In this document: piece by piece, positions 32,555 through 41,220 of the stretch
Layout: the number at the start of each line of letters is the position of its first letter
Numbering within the stretch: the first letter of the stretch is position 1
Source of the DNA: Candidatus Saccharimonadota bacterium
GTDB lineage: Bacteria > Patescibacteriota > Saccharimonadia > Saccharimonadales > UBA10212
DNA length: 44,323 nt
Assembly (NCBI GenBank): GCA_025934715.1
Contig: JAICWR010000003.1
Location: 1-44,323 of the forward strand
Direction of reading: 5' to 3'
Made by a program: the position numbers and the translations under genes
The notes under the pieces: generated by a model
What the model was told of the DNA's origin: nothing
Database searches by the model: none
Seen by the model: the letters and a program-made list of their open reading frames with translations, nothing else

Positions 32555-33428
32555 TTTTAATGAATTCCTTGAATCTTGGCGGCAGCGTGGATTTAAAATT
32601 TTGCCGTTGGCCTCCAGGTAACGCGAGTTCCAACTCAGAGGCGTGCAGCACCAGTCCACCGCTTCTGTGGCCATAAACAACGTCCCCGACGATGGGATGG
32701 CCTATATATGCCATGTGGACCCGTATTTGGTGGGTCCGGCCCGTCAAAGGCTTAAGCTCGAGGCGTGCCGCTCTTTTTTTAGCAAAAAGGCCTTCTGCCA
32801 GGACTTTATACTCTGTTTGAGACGGTTTGCCGTTCGCTATGACGGTGAAGGTCTGGGGTTTTTTGGGATTGCGACCAATCGGAGCGTCGATAATGGCCGC
32901 CACTGGGTTAGGCACGCCCTCTGTAATAGCGATATAAGTTTTTTTAACTTTACGCTGCGAAAATTGTTTTTGCAGGAAATGCTGGGCTTTGGCCGTTTTG
33001 GCGACGATCATAACACCGCTTGTGTCCCTGTCCAAGCGGTGGACGATGCCGGCCCGGTTGCCAGACAACGATTTGTCTGTGATTTTGGGCTGGATAAAGC
33101 TGGCCACGGTGGCCTCGAAGTTAAGCGCGCCTTTGGAGTGTGTCAGAACCCCTGCCGGCTTATCAAGCACAATGACATTTTCGTCCTCATACAAAACAGG
33201 CAGGTCAATTTTGGGCGGCTCTTGCCTAAGATAAGCCTCGTCTATCATTATTTTTTCGCCTTCATGTAATTTATGCGAGGCCTTGGCCCGGCGGCCTCCC
33301 ACACTCACAAAACCCCTTTTAAATAAGGGTTCGAGTGAAGAACGAGTCAGCTTCGGATAGAGCTCCGCCACCACCACATCCAGCCGCCGCCCAACATTTT
33401 TGGGGGTTGCCGAAAATTTCTTCATCAA
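32544..33428 (-). CDS. rluD: RluA-family 23S rRNA pseudouridine synthase (RluD-like)
   Basis: An S4-like N-terminus, the catalytic HRLDRDTSGVMIVAKT motif and the LTGRTHQIRVH motif are present. Confidence 0.9.
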   Translation of the reverse strand: MMKKFSATPKNVGRRLDVVVAELYPKLTRSSLEPLFKRGFVSVGGRRAKASHKLHEGEKIMIDEAYLRQEPPKIDLPVLYEDENVIVLDKPAGVLTHSKGALNFEATVASFIQPKITDKSLSGNRAGIVHRLDRDTSGVMIVAKTAKAQHFLQKQFSQRKVKKTYIAITEGVPNPVAAIIDAPIGRNPKKPQTFTVIANGKPSQTEYKVLAEGLFAKKRAARLELKPLTGRTHQIRVHMAYIGHPIVGDVVYGHRSGGLVLHASELELALPGGQRQNFKSTLPPRFKEFIKNAR

Positions 33429-33440
33429 TCTCTATTTTAC

Positions 33441-34469
33441 CTAAGTTTTGGGTCTTAAACCCACCGCTTGCTGGACTTTCAAAAGTGTGATGTCGGCGGT
33501 ATGCGACATAGCCGTTTCATCAGATTCTAGTTTACGTAGTATCGTTTCATCATCAACGATCTTCAGGCTATCATGAAAACCTATTAGGAAATCGCGCACC
33601 GTGCCGGCAACTTTGGTCTTAAGGTCCTGGTAGCTGCCCATTGCCATGATCTGGTCGTGCTCGTCGGGCTTGAGTAAATCGTGTATCTGCACTAAGTTGG
33701 TGATTCCGGCCCGTTCATTCATGTCCAGTTTGATGCCGTCCGTGAAGCTATCGGTTGTCGCGCTCATAACCTTTTGGGCGGCTTCATCGGGGTCATCACC
33801 CAGAAAGATAACTCCCTTGTCGCTTTCCTCGCTTTTACTCATTTTCTTGGTGGGATCCGCCAGGTCCCTGATTCTCAAGCCCTGGTCCTTACCAAAAAAC
33901 TCATGCTGCTTGGCGGCCGGCTCGGGCAATAAGAATAGCTCGCCAAACTGCTTGTTCAACCTGCCGGCGATATCGCGGGTGAATTCAAGATGCTGGGTCT
34001 GGTCGTCGCCGACGGGCACGTATTTGGCGCCGTATAAAAGGATATCCGCAGCCATTAGCACCGGGTAATTGAACAGGCCGACAGTGACGCGCTCATTGCC
34101 AAGTTTAGCGCTGCGGTCTTTGAACTGGGTCATCCGGCTCATCTCACCATAGACGGTGAAGCAATCCAGTATCCACGTCAGCTCGGAGTGGGCCGGAATG
34201 TAGCTTTGGCGGTAGATATAAATATTCGGGTTATCCAGCGGCAGCCCAGCGGCCACGAACAGCTTCAAATTATGCATGATTTGATTTTGCAGTTTGTCGT
34301 GTTCAATCGGGGTTGTGAAGCTATGTAAATCAGGGATGAACAAATTTATCTGATAGTCAGCGGAGCGGGTTTTCGCCATATCGACCATAGGTAGCAGAGC
34401 CCCGAAATAGTTGCCTATATGGAGGTCATTATTCGCCCTAATGCCGGTTAAAATGACGTCTTTTGCCAT
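33441..34469 (-). CDS. trpS: Tryptophan--tRNA ligase
   Basis: TGIRANNDLHIGNYFGAL (HIGH-like), GDDQTQHLEFTRDIA and KMSKS are present. Confidence 0.95.
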   Translation of the reverse strand: MAKDVILTGIRANNDLHIGNYFGALLPMVDMAKTRSADYQINLFIPDLHSFTTPIEHDKLQNQIMHNLKLFVAAGLPLDNPNIYIYRQSYIPAHSELTWILDCFTVYGEMSRMTQFKDRSAKLGNERVTVGLFNYPVLMAADILLYGAKYVPVGDDQTQHLEFTRDIAGRLNKQFGELFLLPEPAAKQHEFFGKDQGLRIRDLADPTKKMSKSEESDKGVIFLGDDPDEAAQKVMSATTDSFTDGIKLDMNERAGITNLVQIHDLLKPDEHDQIMAMGSYQDLKTKVAGTVRDFLIGFHDSLKIVDDETILRKLESDETAMSHTADITLLKVQQAVGLRPKT

Positions 34470-34516
34470 CAGATAGATTATATCTTAAATCCGTCTCGGC
34501 TAGGAGTGATTATGAG

Positions 34517-34918
34517 CTATCGCTTGGTGAACTGCCGTTTTTTGCGGGCGCCCTTAAGACCGAATTTTTTGCGCTCTTTTTCACGCGGATTGCGGCCAAG
34601 CAGTTCGGCCCGGCGCAGTGTTCCGCGGTAGTCTTCATTTAGTTCCACCAAGGCCTTTGCGATGCCCAGGCTAATTGCGTCAATTTGGCTGGCGTGTCCG
34701 CCTCCAGCAACTTTGGCGCTGATAGTGAACTTCTCAGGATCGAGCTCCAGAGCGTTGAAGGGCCGTGTCAGCCTGGAGGTCAAGTATTTACTGTTATCAA
34801 AGTAGTCGACCGCCGGCTTTTCGTTGACGGTGATATCTCCTTTCCCCGAAATCAGGCGAACCCGCGCTGTGGAGCTCTTGCGCCGTCCTAATCCGTAAAA
34901 ATAGTTGCTTGAGGCCAT
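34517..34918 (-). CDS. rpsI: 30S ribosomal protein S9
   Basis: YGLGRRKSSTARVRL...GGGHASQIDAISLGIAKAL...GLKGARKKRQFTKR. Confidence 0.95.
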   Translation of the reverse strand: MASSNYFYGLGRRKSSTARVRLISGKGDITVNEKPAVDYFDNSKYLTSRLTRPFNALELDPEKFTISAKVAGGGHASQIDAISLGIAKALVELNEDYRGTLRRAELLGRNPREKERKKFGLKGARKKRQFTKR

Positions 34919-35358
34919 TAGTTAGCGCCTTTCATACTGATTTCGTGTGGTTTTTGGGCGGTATGGTCGTGCTCGGCACCGGCATAGACTTTCAAGCGCT
35001 GCAGGCGCTGGCGGCGCAGCTTGTTGTCGGGCAGCATGCCTCGGACAGCTTTTTGAATCAAGACAGCCGGGTCTTTTTGGCGCTGCTCTTCCAATGAGCG
35101 CGAATATAAACCTCCGGGGTAGCCGCTGTGGCGATGGTATATTTTTTTACGATCTTTGCCAGCCGTGGCCACCAGCTTTTCGGCGTTGATCACCACAACG
35201 TGGTCGCCGCCGTCAGTATGTGGCGTGACCGTCGGTTTGCCTTTGCCGATCAATAAGCTGGCCGCCATAGTGGCTAACCGGCCAAACGGAGCCTTGGAAG
35301 CGTCAATCAAATACCATTGGCGCTCCACCTGCGCCGGTTTTTGGCTATAAGTTTTCAC
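34918..35358 (-). CDS. rplM: 50S ribosomal protein L13
   Basis: RQWYLIDASKAPFGRLATMAASLLIGKGKP...GDHVVVINAEK...YHRHSGYPGG. Confidence 0.95.
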   Translation of the reverse strand: MKTYSQKPAQVERQWYLIDASKAPFGRLATMAASLLIGKGKPTVTPHTDGGDHVVVINAEKLVATAGKDRKKIYHRHSGYPGGLYSRSLEEQRQKDPAVLIQKAVRGMLPDNKLRRQRLQRLKVYAGAEHDHTAQKPHEISMKGAN

Positions 35359-35828
35359 TATTTCTTCTCCTTGGCAGTTGTTTTCACCGCCGGCTTGCGG
35401 GCCGGGGCGCGCTTAGCAGCCTGTTTTGGCGCCGGCTTCCCGGCCTTTGGCGCGGGAGCCTTTTTGTCCAAATCATCGACAAAGCTGACCCGGGCCAGCT
35501 GGGCGTTATCACCGCGGCGTAAGCCCGTTTTTTTAACTCTTAAATGGCCGCTGTTGCGGGCATTAAGTTTAGGGGCCAGTTCGTCAACCAGCTTATGGGC
35601 GGCGGCTTTTGTTTGCAGCCCGGAAATAATCTGGCGCCGGTTGTGTAGGCCGCCTTTTTTGGCCCTGGTGATCAGCTTTTCGGTGTAGCTCATAACCTCT
35701 TTCGCCTTAGGTAAGGTGGTTTCGATTGATTCACGCAGCACCAAGGAATCGGCCAAGCCCTTTATCAGAGCTTCGCGCTGGTCGGTCTTACGGCCGAATT
35801 TCCTACCTTGATATCCGTGGCGATGCAT
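35358..35828 (-). CDS. rplQ: 50S ribosomal protein L17 with a Lys/Ala/Pro-rich C-terminal tail
   Basis: The start is set at MHRHGYQGRKFGRKTDQREALIKGL (canonical L17 N-terminus), which avoids overlap with rpoA. The tail reads KKAPAPKAGKPAPKQAAKRAPARKPAVKTTAKEKK. Confidence 0.9.
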   Translation of the reverse strand: MHRHGYQGRKFGRKTDQREALIKGLADSLVLRESIETTLPKAKEVMSYTEKLITRAKKGGLHNRRQIISGLQTKAAAHKLVDELAPKLNARNSGHLRVKKTGLRRGDNAQLARVSFVDDLDKKAPAPKAGKPAPKQAAKRAPARKPAVKTTAKEKK

Positions 35829-35835
35829 CTTTTCC

Positions 35836-36789
35836 CTATAACTCCAGTTCGGCAAGCTTTTCTTTGACTTCGTCGAGCGCCTTGTTGCCAAAGCCCTTCA
35901 GGTCGCGTAATTCGGCTTCGGACAGGCTTAGCAAGTCTTTGATGGTGTGGATATCGTTGTTAACCAGCGCGTTGGTGGTGCGGGCGCTAAGGTTCAGGTC
36001 CTCGATTGAGGTCATCAGCTCGGCTGGCTCTTCCCCGTCAGCTTCGCGTCCATTTTCATCAGCACCGGCACGCGGGCTCGGCATGGCTTCCACGCGGGTC
36101 TGGCCAGCTAAAGCAGTATATTGGTTGACCAATATAGCCGAGGCTTCCTCGAAAGCGTCACGCGGCGTAATGGAGCCGTCGGTGTCTATAGTGACCAGCA
36201 GGCGGTCCAGATCGGTCCGCTGGCCGACACGGGTGTTCTCCACGCGGTAACGGACCCGCAGCACCGGAGTGAAAAGCGCGTCTAACATAATCATGTCACT
36301 AACGACCTTGCCGCTGGCGGTTTCGTCCAACGCCCGGTAGCCGCGGCCGGTCTCCACTGTAAGCTCCATGCTCACGTTGGCCTTATCGTCATCGACGGTG
36401 CAGATCAGTTGGTCGGGATTCACTATTTCAGTGTCTGCATTCAATTCCAGGTTCTTTGCCCGGATAGGGCCTTTGCCCTTTTTATTGAGCGTTATGATCT
36501 GTGGCTCTTCAGAATAGACTTTGAAGCGGATGCTCTTTAAATTAAGCATGATTTGCACCACATCTTCTTTGACGCCTTTAATTGTGGTGAACTCGTGGCT
36601 GATCCCGCCAATACGGAACCCGGTCACTGCGGCGCCAGCGATGCTGCTGAGCAGCACCCGGCGCAGGCTATTGCCAAGCGTCATGCCATAGCCTGGGTGC
36701 AGCGGCTCAATCACGAAAGTTGCGCTGGTTGGACTGTGATCTGTGACACTGGCCAGGGCTGGTGTGTGGATTAATTTGTCATTATTCAT
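35836..36789 (-). CDS. rpoA: DNA-directed RNA polymerase subunit alpha
   Basis: FVIEPLHPGYGMTLGNSLRRVLLSSI (N-terminal domain) and the C-terminal LNLSARTTNALVNNDIHTIKDL (alpha-CTD HhH) are present. Confidence 0.95.
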   Translation of the reverse strand: MNNDKLIHTPALASVTDHSPTSATFVIEPLHPGYGMTLGNSLRRVLLSSIAGAAVTGFRIGGISHEFTTIKGVKEDVVQIMLNLKSIRFKVYSEEPQIITLNKKGKGPIRAKNLELNADTEIVNPDQLICTVDDDKANVSMELTVETGRGYRALDETASGKVVSDMIMLDALFTPVLRVRYRVENTRVGQRTDLDRLLVTIDTDGSITPRDAFEEASAILVNQYTALAGQTRVEAMPSPRAGADENGREADGEEPAELMTSIEDLNLSARTTNALVNNDIHTIKDLLSLSEAELRDLKGFGNKALDEVKEKLAELEL

Positions 36790-36808
36790 TGCTGCCTATC
36801 TCCTTCTA

Positions 36809-37426
36809 CTAGCGCGAGTAATACTCGACGATTAATTGCTCTTTAATGTCCGGTTCCGCGTCATCACGGGTAGGCACTCCGGTAACTGTGAACTCAAACT
36901 GCTTGCGGTTGACTTTCAGCCAGGCGGGGATGGCCGATGGGGCCGGTGATACTTCATCGATCTGCTTGAAATACTCGGTTTTCTTACTGGCTGGGCGTAT
37001 AGAGACTTTGTCTCCGACTTTCAAACGGAGTGACGGGACGTCCACGCGCCGGCCATCCAGCATAAAGTGGCCGTGGGTGGCTAGCTGGCGGGCCGCCCGC
37101 CGGCTCGGCGCGAAGCCGACCCGGTAAATGGCATTATCTAACCTCTGTTCCAAAAACTGCAGTAAAGTGGCGCCTGATTGGCCCTTGGTGCGGCTGGCTT
37201 CGGCCATCAGCTTAGAGAATTGGCGTTCCAGCAGGCCATATAGCCGCTTAACCTTCTGCTTTTCGCGCAGCTGCAGAGCGTATTGGCTCTGCTTGATCCG
37301 GCCGCCATAATTGCCCGGTTGGCCTGGCGGCCCAGGCCGCTTGACCAGAGCTTTATGGGCTTTGGGATGCAGCGCATATCCTTCGCGCCGGGACATTTTG
37401 ACTATTGGTCGGGTTTCTCTAGCCAT
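36809..37426 (-). CDS. rpsD: 30S ribosomal protein S4
   Basis: QSQYALQLREKQKVKRLYGLLERQF...RLDNAIYRVGFAPSRRAARQLATHGHF. Confidence 0.95.
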   Translation of the reverse strand: MARETRPIVKMSRREGYALHPKAHKALVKRPGPPGQPGNYGGRIKQSQYALQLREKQKVKRLYGLLERQFSKLMAEASRTKGQSGATLLQFLEQRLDNAIYRVGFAPSRRAARQLATHGHFMLDGRRVDVPSLRLKVGDKVSIRPASKKTEYFKQIDEVSPAPSAIPAWLKVNRKQFEFTVTGVPTRDDAEPDIKEQLIVEYYSR

Positions 37427-37428
37427 GA

Positions 37429-37902
37429 CTAATTCCTTTTTGGCCTCCGTGGCCTCACGCCGCCGTGCGGGATGCCTGTCACGTCTTTGACGTTATCTAT
37501 TGTTATCTTTTGGTTGATAAGCGTGCGCACTGCGGCGTCCCGTCCCATGCCAACTCCTTTAACCAATACATCAGCCTTACTAAGGCCGTAATTCTGCCGG
37601 GCAGTGCTGATGGCCTTCTCGGCCGCTATTTGGGCGGCGTAGGCAGTACCCTTTTTGCTACCACGGAAGCCGCTGGCGCCGGCGCTGGCGGTGGTTAAGG
37701 TATTACCTTTGGTGTCTGTAACTGTGATAATCGTATTATTAAAGGTGGCCAGCACGTGGATTTGGCCTTCGGAAACATTCCGCTTGGCTTTGCGCTTGCG
37801 CGGTTTGGCGGCCGGCTTGGCCTCGGCCTCCGGCTGTTCGGCCGCTTGCCCGTTGACAGGAGTTTGATCCTCCAATTTCTCCTCTACCATTTCCTCAGCC
37901 AT
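37429..37902 (-). CDS. rpsK: 30S ribosomal protein S11 with a ~30-aa acidic N-terminal extension
   Basis: The core is GQIHVLATFNNTIITVTDTKGN...GFRGSKKGTAYAAQ...IPHGGVRPRRPKR. It is preceded by MAEEMVEEKLEDQTPVNGQAAEQPEAEAKP. Confidence 0.9.
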   Translation of the reverse strand: MAEEMVEEKLEDQTPVNGQAAEQPEAEAKPAAKPRKRKAKRNVSEGQIHVLATFNNTIITVTDTKGNTLTTASAGASGFRGSKKGTAYAAQIAAEKAISTARQNYGLSKADVLVKGVGMGRDAAVRTLINQKITIDNVKDVTGIPHGGVRPRRPKRN

Positions 37903-37909
37903 AAATACC

Positions 37910-38296
37910 TTAGGTCTTAGACGGCGCCTTCTTCGCCGTGCCGCCGACTGTCACTTTCTTGCCGCGCTTGGTGCGGGCATTGGTACGGGTGCGCTGGCCA
38001 CGCGCCGGCAGGCTAGCTTTGTGGCGCAGGCCGCGGTAGCTGTTAATGTCACGCAGGCGCTTGATATTGGCCGTCACGACCCTTTGCAACTCACCCTCAA
38101 TCGTATAGTTGGCGTTAATGATGTCCTGGATCCGGCTGATTTCACCGTCGTTTAGGTTTTTAACCCTCACGGCTGGGTCTATTTTAGCCTCGGCTAGGAT
38201 GTCGTGGCTGGTTTTGGGCCCAATGCCTAAGATGTAGGTCAGACCGACCCAGGCCTGCTTGTTATCCGGAATAGTCACACCGCTGATTCTAGCCAT
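37910..38296 (-). CDS. rpsM: 30S ribosomal protein S13
   Basis: MARISGVTIPDNKQAWVGLTYILGIGPKTS...YRGLRHKASLPARGQRTRTNART. Confidence 0.95.
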   Translation of the reverse strand: MARISGVTIPDNKQAWVGLTYILGIGPKTSHDILAEAKIDPAVRVKNLNDGEISRIQDIINANYTIEGELQRVVTANIKRLRDINSYRGLRHKASLPARGQRTRTNARTKRGKKVTVGGTAKKAPSKT

Positions 38297-38299
38297 AAG

Positions 38300-38416
38300 T
38301 TAACCTTGCCTCTGCTTATGCTTGGGCTTCATCTTATTGATGACGTAAACCCTCCCTTTTCGGCGGACAATTTTATCATCGGGGCTGATTTTCTTGACGC
38401 TGGCACGGACTTTCAT
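38300..38416 (-). CDS. rpmJ: 50S ribosomal protein L36 (Cys-less, zinc-independent type)
   Basis: This gene is not in the ORF track because it is under 60 aa. The reverse-strand translation is [38 protein letters not shown] followed by a stop. AGGAG lies 8 nt before the ATG. The position between infA and rpsM is canonical. Confidence 0.85.
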   Translation of the reverse strand: MKVRASVKKISPDDKIVRRKGRVYVINKMKPKHKQRQG

Positions 38417-38463
38417 CCGGATCTTCTCCTTTCAAAAGAGAGACACACTGCTCTTTAATTGAA

Positions 38464-38679
38464 TTAGTTCTCGCGGTAAGTTATCCGACCCTTCGTAAGA
38501 TCGTAAGGTGTCAATTCTACCTTAACGCGGTCGCCCGGCACCAAACGGATGTAGTTTTTCCGCATCCGCCCGGCGACATGAGCTATGATTTGATGGCCGT
38601 TCTCAAGTTCCACCCGAAATTGTGTGCCGGGCAGCGCCTCAACCACAACTCCGGTGAGCTCGATAACCTCTTTCGCCAT
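38464..38679 (-). CDS. infA: Translation initiation factor IF-1
   Basis: [69 protein letters not shown]. Confidence 0.95.
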   Translation of the reverse strand: MAKEVIELTGVVVEALPGTQFRVELENGHQIIAHVAGRMRKNYIRLVPGDRVKVELTPYDLTKGRITYREN

Positions 38680-38727
38680 AAATCTAACCTGACAATTGTA
38701 GCAAATTCTACAAGGGTATGTAAAGGG

Positions 38728-39138
38728 TTATTTTCTGCTGGCACCTATCTGCCGGGGTATGGCTCCGATGCTGTTGCCGTAGGCGCTGAAAGCAACCAGT
38801 AAGCCAAGGGCCATCAGAAAGACAGCAACGTCGTTGGCGTTGGCGGCCGCAATGCCGCCGGAGATAAGCGCGCCAATAATGGCCAATAAACCCACAAGCG
38901 AATGTATGGCCAAGAAATTCCATTTTAGTGAAGTGATCAGTCTGGCTAATGCTAGTCCAAAAAGCAAAGCCGCCACAATTATATGCAGTACCAGGAATAT
39001 GGACTGGACCGCGCTGTGCTTGTGGGGGTCATAATTAATAATTGTGGTCAACAAAACGCCGATAATGAACTGTAATGAAAGTAGGCCCATCAAAGCCTGC
39101 ACCTGCTTTTGGGCCAGCTCAAACCGCCTCTTCTCCAT
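38728..39138 (-). CDS. Small 4-helix membrane protein of unknown function
   Basis: A 136-aa ORF with four hydrophobic segments sits between secY and infA, where adk and map normally lie. Its composition is host-like. Confidence 0.6.
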   Translation of the reverse strand: MEKRRFELAQKQVQALMGLLSLQFIIGVLLTTIINYDPHKHSAVQSIFLVLHIIVAALLFGLALARLITSLKWNFLAIHSLVGLLAIIGALISGGIAAANANDVAVFLMALGLLVAFSAYGNSIGAIPRQIGASRK

Positions 39139-39180
39139 GCATTAATAATACTCCGGTTCACAGAACCAGCTGAAATTAAA

Positions 39181-40710
39181 TTATTTTTTGCGGCTGGGAA
39201 GCGAGGGGCGAGGGATAAAACGCAGGCGACGGGCGCCGAGAGCCCCTGTGCCGGCTGGCCCTGGTTCATAGAAATACTCCGGCGCTTCATACTGGTCGTA
39301 GGTGATCATCAGCGCGCGGGACTCGACCTGGCGAAGGGTTTCTAGAGATACGGACACCAAGATCAGGATGCTGGTGCCGCCGATGGCGATATTTTGGTTC
39401 AGCTTGACTTGTCCCAATATCGGCAAAACCGCCAACAAACCCAGCGCGATACCTCCGAACAAAGTTAACCGGTTAACGATCCTACTTAGATACTTTTCGG
39501 TCTGCTTGCCGGAGCGGACATCCGCGATAAAACCGCCCTGCTTTTGCAGGTTCTCGGCTATCTCTTTCGAATTGAATGTCACGCTAGTGTAGAAATAGGT
39601 GAATATAAACACTAAGAAGAAGTAAGTGATTGGATAAACCCATGGCTTCCAGCCGCCGGCCGCGAAGGTCTGGGCGCTGGGGTTAGCGAAAACTGTCGAC
39701 AAAGAAACGCCGATTTTGCCCCAGTGGCTGTGCGGCACATACTGGGCGCCCTGGCCGTGCGTAAGCAGCTGGCCGACGAAGCTTGGAACTGACAAAAACG
39801 CCACGGCAAAGATAATCGGTATGACACCGGCCGTGATTAACTTGACCGGCAGCGTGGTGGTCACGCCACCGTAAGTCCGGTTACCTTGCACCCGTTTAGC
39901 GTAATTGACCGTCAGGCGCCTGGAGGCTTCGTTGAGTTTGACGACCGCCCACGTCACAAAGATAATGACCAGACAGACTATGCCAAAAACAAGTAGTCCG
40001 TGTTTACTGAAACTACGGTGGAATAAATAGGCCTTGTCGTTCGCTGCCATACTGGTGGTCCAATAGGCTCCGCTCCACAGCGAAGTGAACAAAGTGGGCA
40101 GGCGGCTGACAATGCCGACTGTGATCAACAGGGAAATACCATTTCCGATAGACCGTTCGGTAATAAGCTCGCCGAGCCACATCAGCACCATAGAGCCACC
40201 CGTCAGCGCGGCAATCATCACAACCCACTGCATAAATGACGTGTGCGCCGTTATATCACCCAAACCACCGATACTTGAGGCCTCCTGCCTAATCAGATAA
40301 ATCGTGCCAATGCCCTGGATGATAGCTAGGGGGAATGTCAGCATGCGGGTGTACTGGTTGATTTTCTTGCGGCCGTATTCGCCCTCTTTGTTCATGGCCT
40401 CGAGCTTAGGCACGGCTTTGGTTAAAAGCTGCATGATTATGCTGGCGTTAATGTACGGACCAAGGCCGACCAGCATGATGGAAAAGTTAGCCAGGGCGCC
40501 GCCGGAGAGGACATTAAGGTAGCCAAATAAACCGGCGGTATTGGACTGCTGGAAGAGGTTCTGGAGGATTTGCTTAAGCGTGTGGGAATCGCCAAGCGGC
40601 ACAGGGATATGGGCCAGGATACGAAAGACCAGCAGCATAAGCAGAACGGCGCCGATGCGCTTGCGCATCTCGCCATGTCCTAAAGATTTGAGTATTATTC
40701 CCCAGTTCAC
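39181..40710 (-). CDS. secY: Preprotein translocase subunit SecY (extended, 509 aa)
   Basis: LRILAHIPVPLG, SGGALANFSIMLVGLGPYINASIIMQLL and GGFIADVRSGKQTEKYL are present. The start is GTG. A C-terminal tail of ~45 aa follows the conserved end. Confidence 0.95.
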   Translation of the reverse strand: MNWGIILKSLGHGEMRKRIGAVLLMLLVFRILAHIPVPLGDSHTLKQILQNLFQQSNTAGLFGYLNVLSGGALANFSIMLVGLGPYINASIIMQLLTKAVPKLEAMNKEGEYGRKKINQYTRMLTFPLAIIQGIGTIYLIRQEASSIGGLGDITAHTSFMQWVVMIAALTGGSMVLMWLGELITERSIGNGISLLITVGIVSRLPTLFTSLWSGAYWTTSMAANDKAYLFHRSFSKHGLLVFGIVCLVIIFVTWAVVKLNEASRRLTVNYAKRVQGNRTYGGVTTTLPVKLITAGVIPIIFAVAFLSVPSFVGQLLTHGQGAQYVPHSHWGKIGVSLSTVFANPSAQTFAAGGWKPWVYPITYFFLVFIFTYFYTSVTFNSKEIAENLQKQGGFIADVRSGKQTEKYLSRIVNRLTLFGGIALGLLAVLPILGQVKLNQNIAIGGTSILILVSVSLETLRQVESRALMITYDQYEAPEYFYEPGPAGTGALGARRLRFIPRPSLPSRKK

Positions 40711-40746
40711 TTTATGTTTAAGTATACCAGCCCTCCTGCTGGCAGT

Positions 40747-41220
40747 TTACTTTTCGGATTTAGCGCTAGTTTTCTTGGGGCGTGGCACTCTGGCGACTTT
40801 GGCAAAGCTGCCACCGGCTTTTTCGACGGCATCAATGGCATTAGCGCTGGCGGCCTGCAACTGGACGATTTTCTTTGTTTTCAGCTCCCCTTTTAGTAGC
40901 AGCTTCACGCTCATATGCGGGCTGGAAATCAGGCCGGCTTCAAATAAAACCTTAGTGTCGATGGCCGGTTTCTTAATCTGTTCCAGCTGGCCCGTGTAAA
41001 TATTTTCAACGCCGTATCTATGGCTCTTAAAGCCACGAAGTTTGGGCAAGCGCATATAAAGTGGCATTTGGCCGCCTTCGAAGCCGGCTCTAACAGGGCT
41101 CTTTCGGGCTCCTTGGCCTTTGGTGCCGCGCCCCGCAGTCTTGCCCCGGCCGGCGCTGATTCCCCGCCCGGACCGGATAGGCTTAGCCTGGCGCTTCATC
41201 GTCAGCTCGTTGTACTTCAC
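40747..41220 (-). CDS. rplO: 50S ribosomal protein L15
   Basis: The GTG start gives MKYNELT...RSGRGISAGRGKTAGRGTKGQ, the L15 signature. Its start overlaps the rpsE stop in GTGA. Confidence 0.93.
   Translation of the reverse strand: MKYNELTMKRQAKPIRSGRGISAGRGKTAGRGTKGQGARKSPVRAGFEGGQMPLYMRLPKLRGFKSHRYGVENIYTGQLEQIKKPAIDTKVLFEAGLISSPHMSVKLLLKGELKTKKIVQLQAASANAIDAVEKAGGSFAKVARVPRPKKTSAKSEK

Noticed and set aside
34470-34516. A T-box or other riboswitch leader upstream of trpS, and likewise upstream of cysS at 8699.
   Set aside because: Only 47 nt separate rpsI from trpS, and cysS overlaps the upstream DHH gene. There is no room for a ~200-nt leader.
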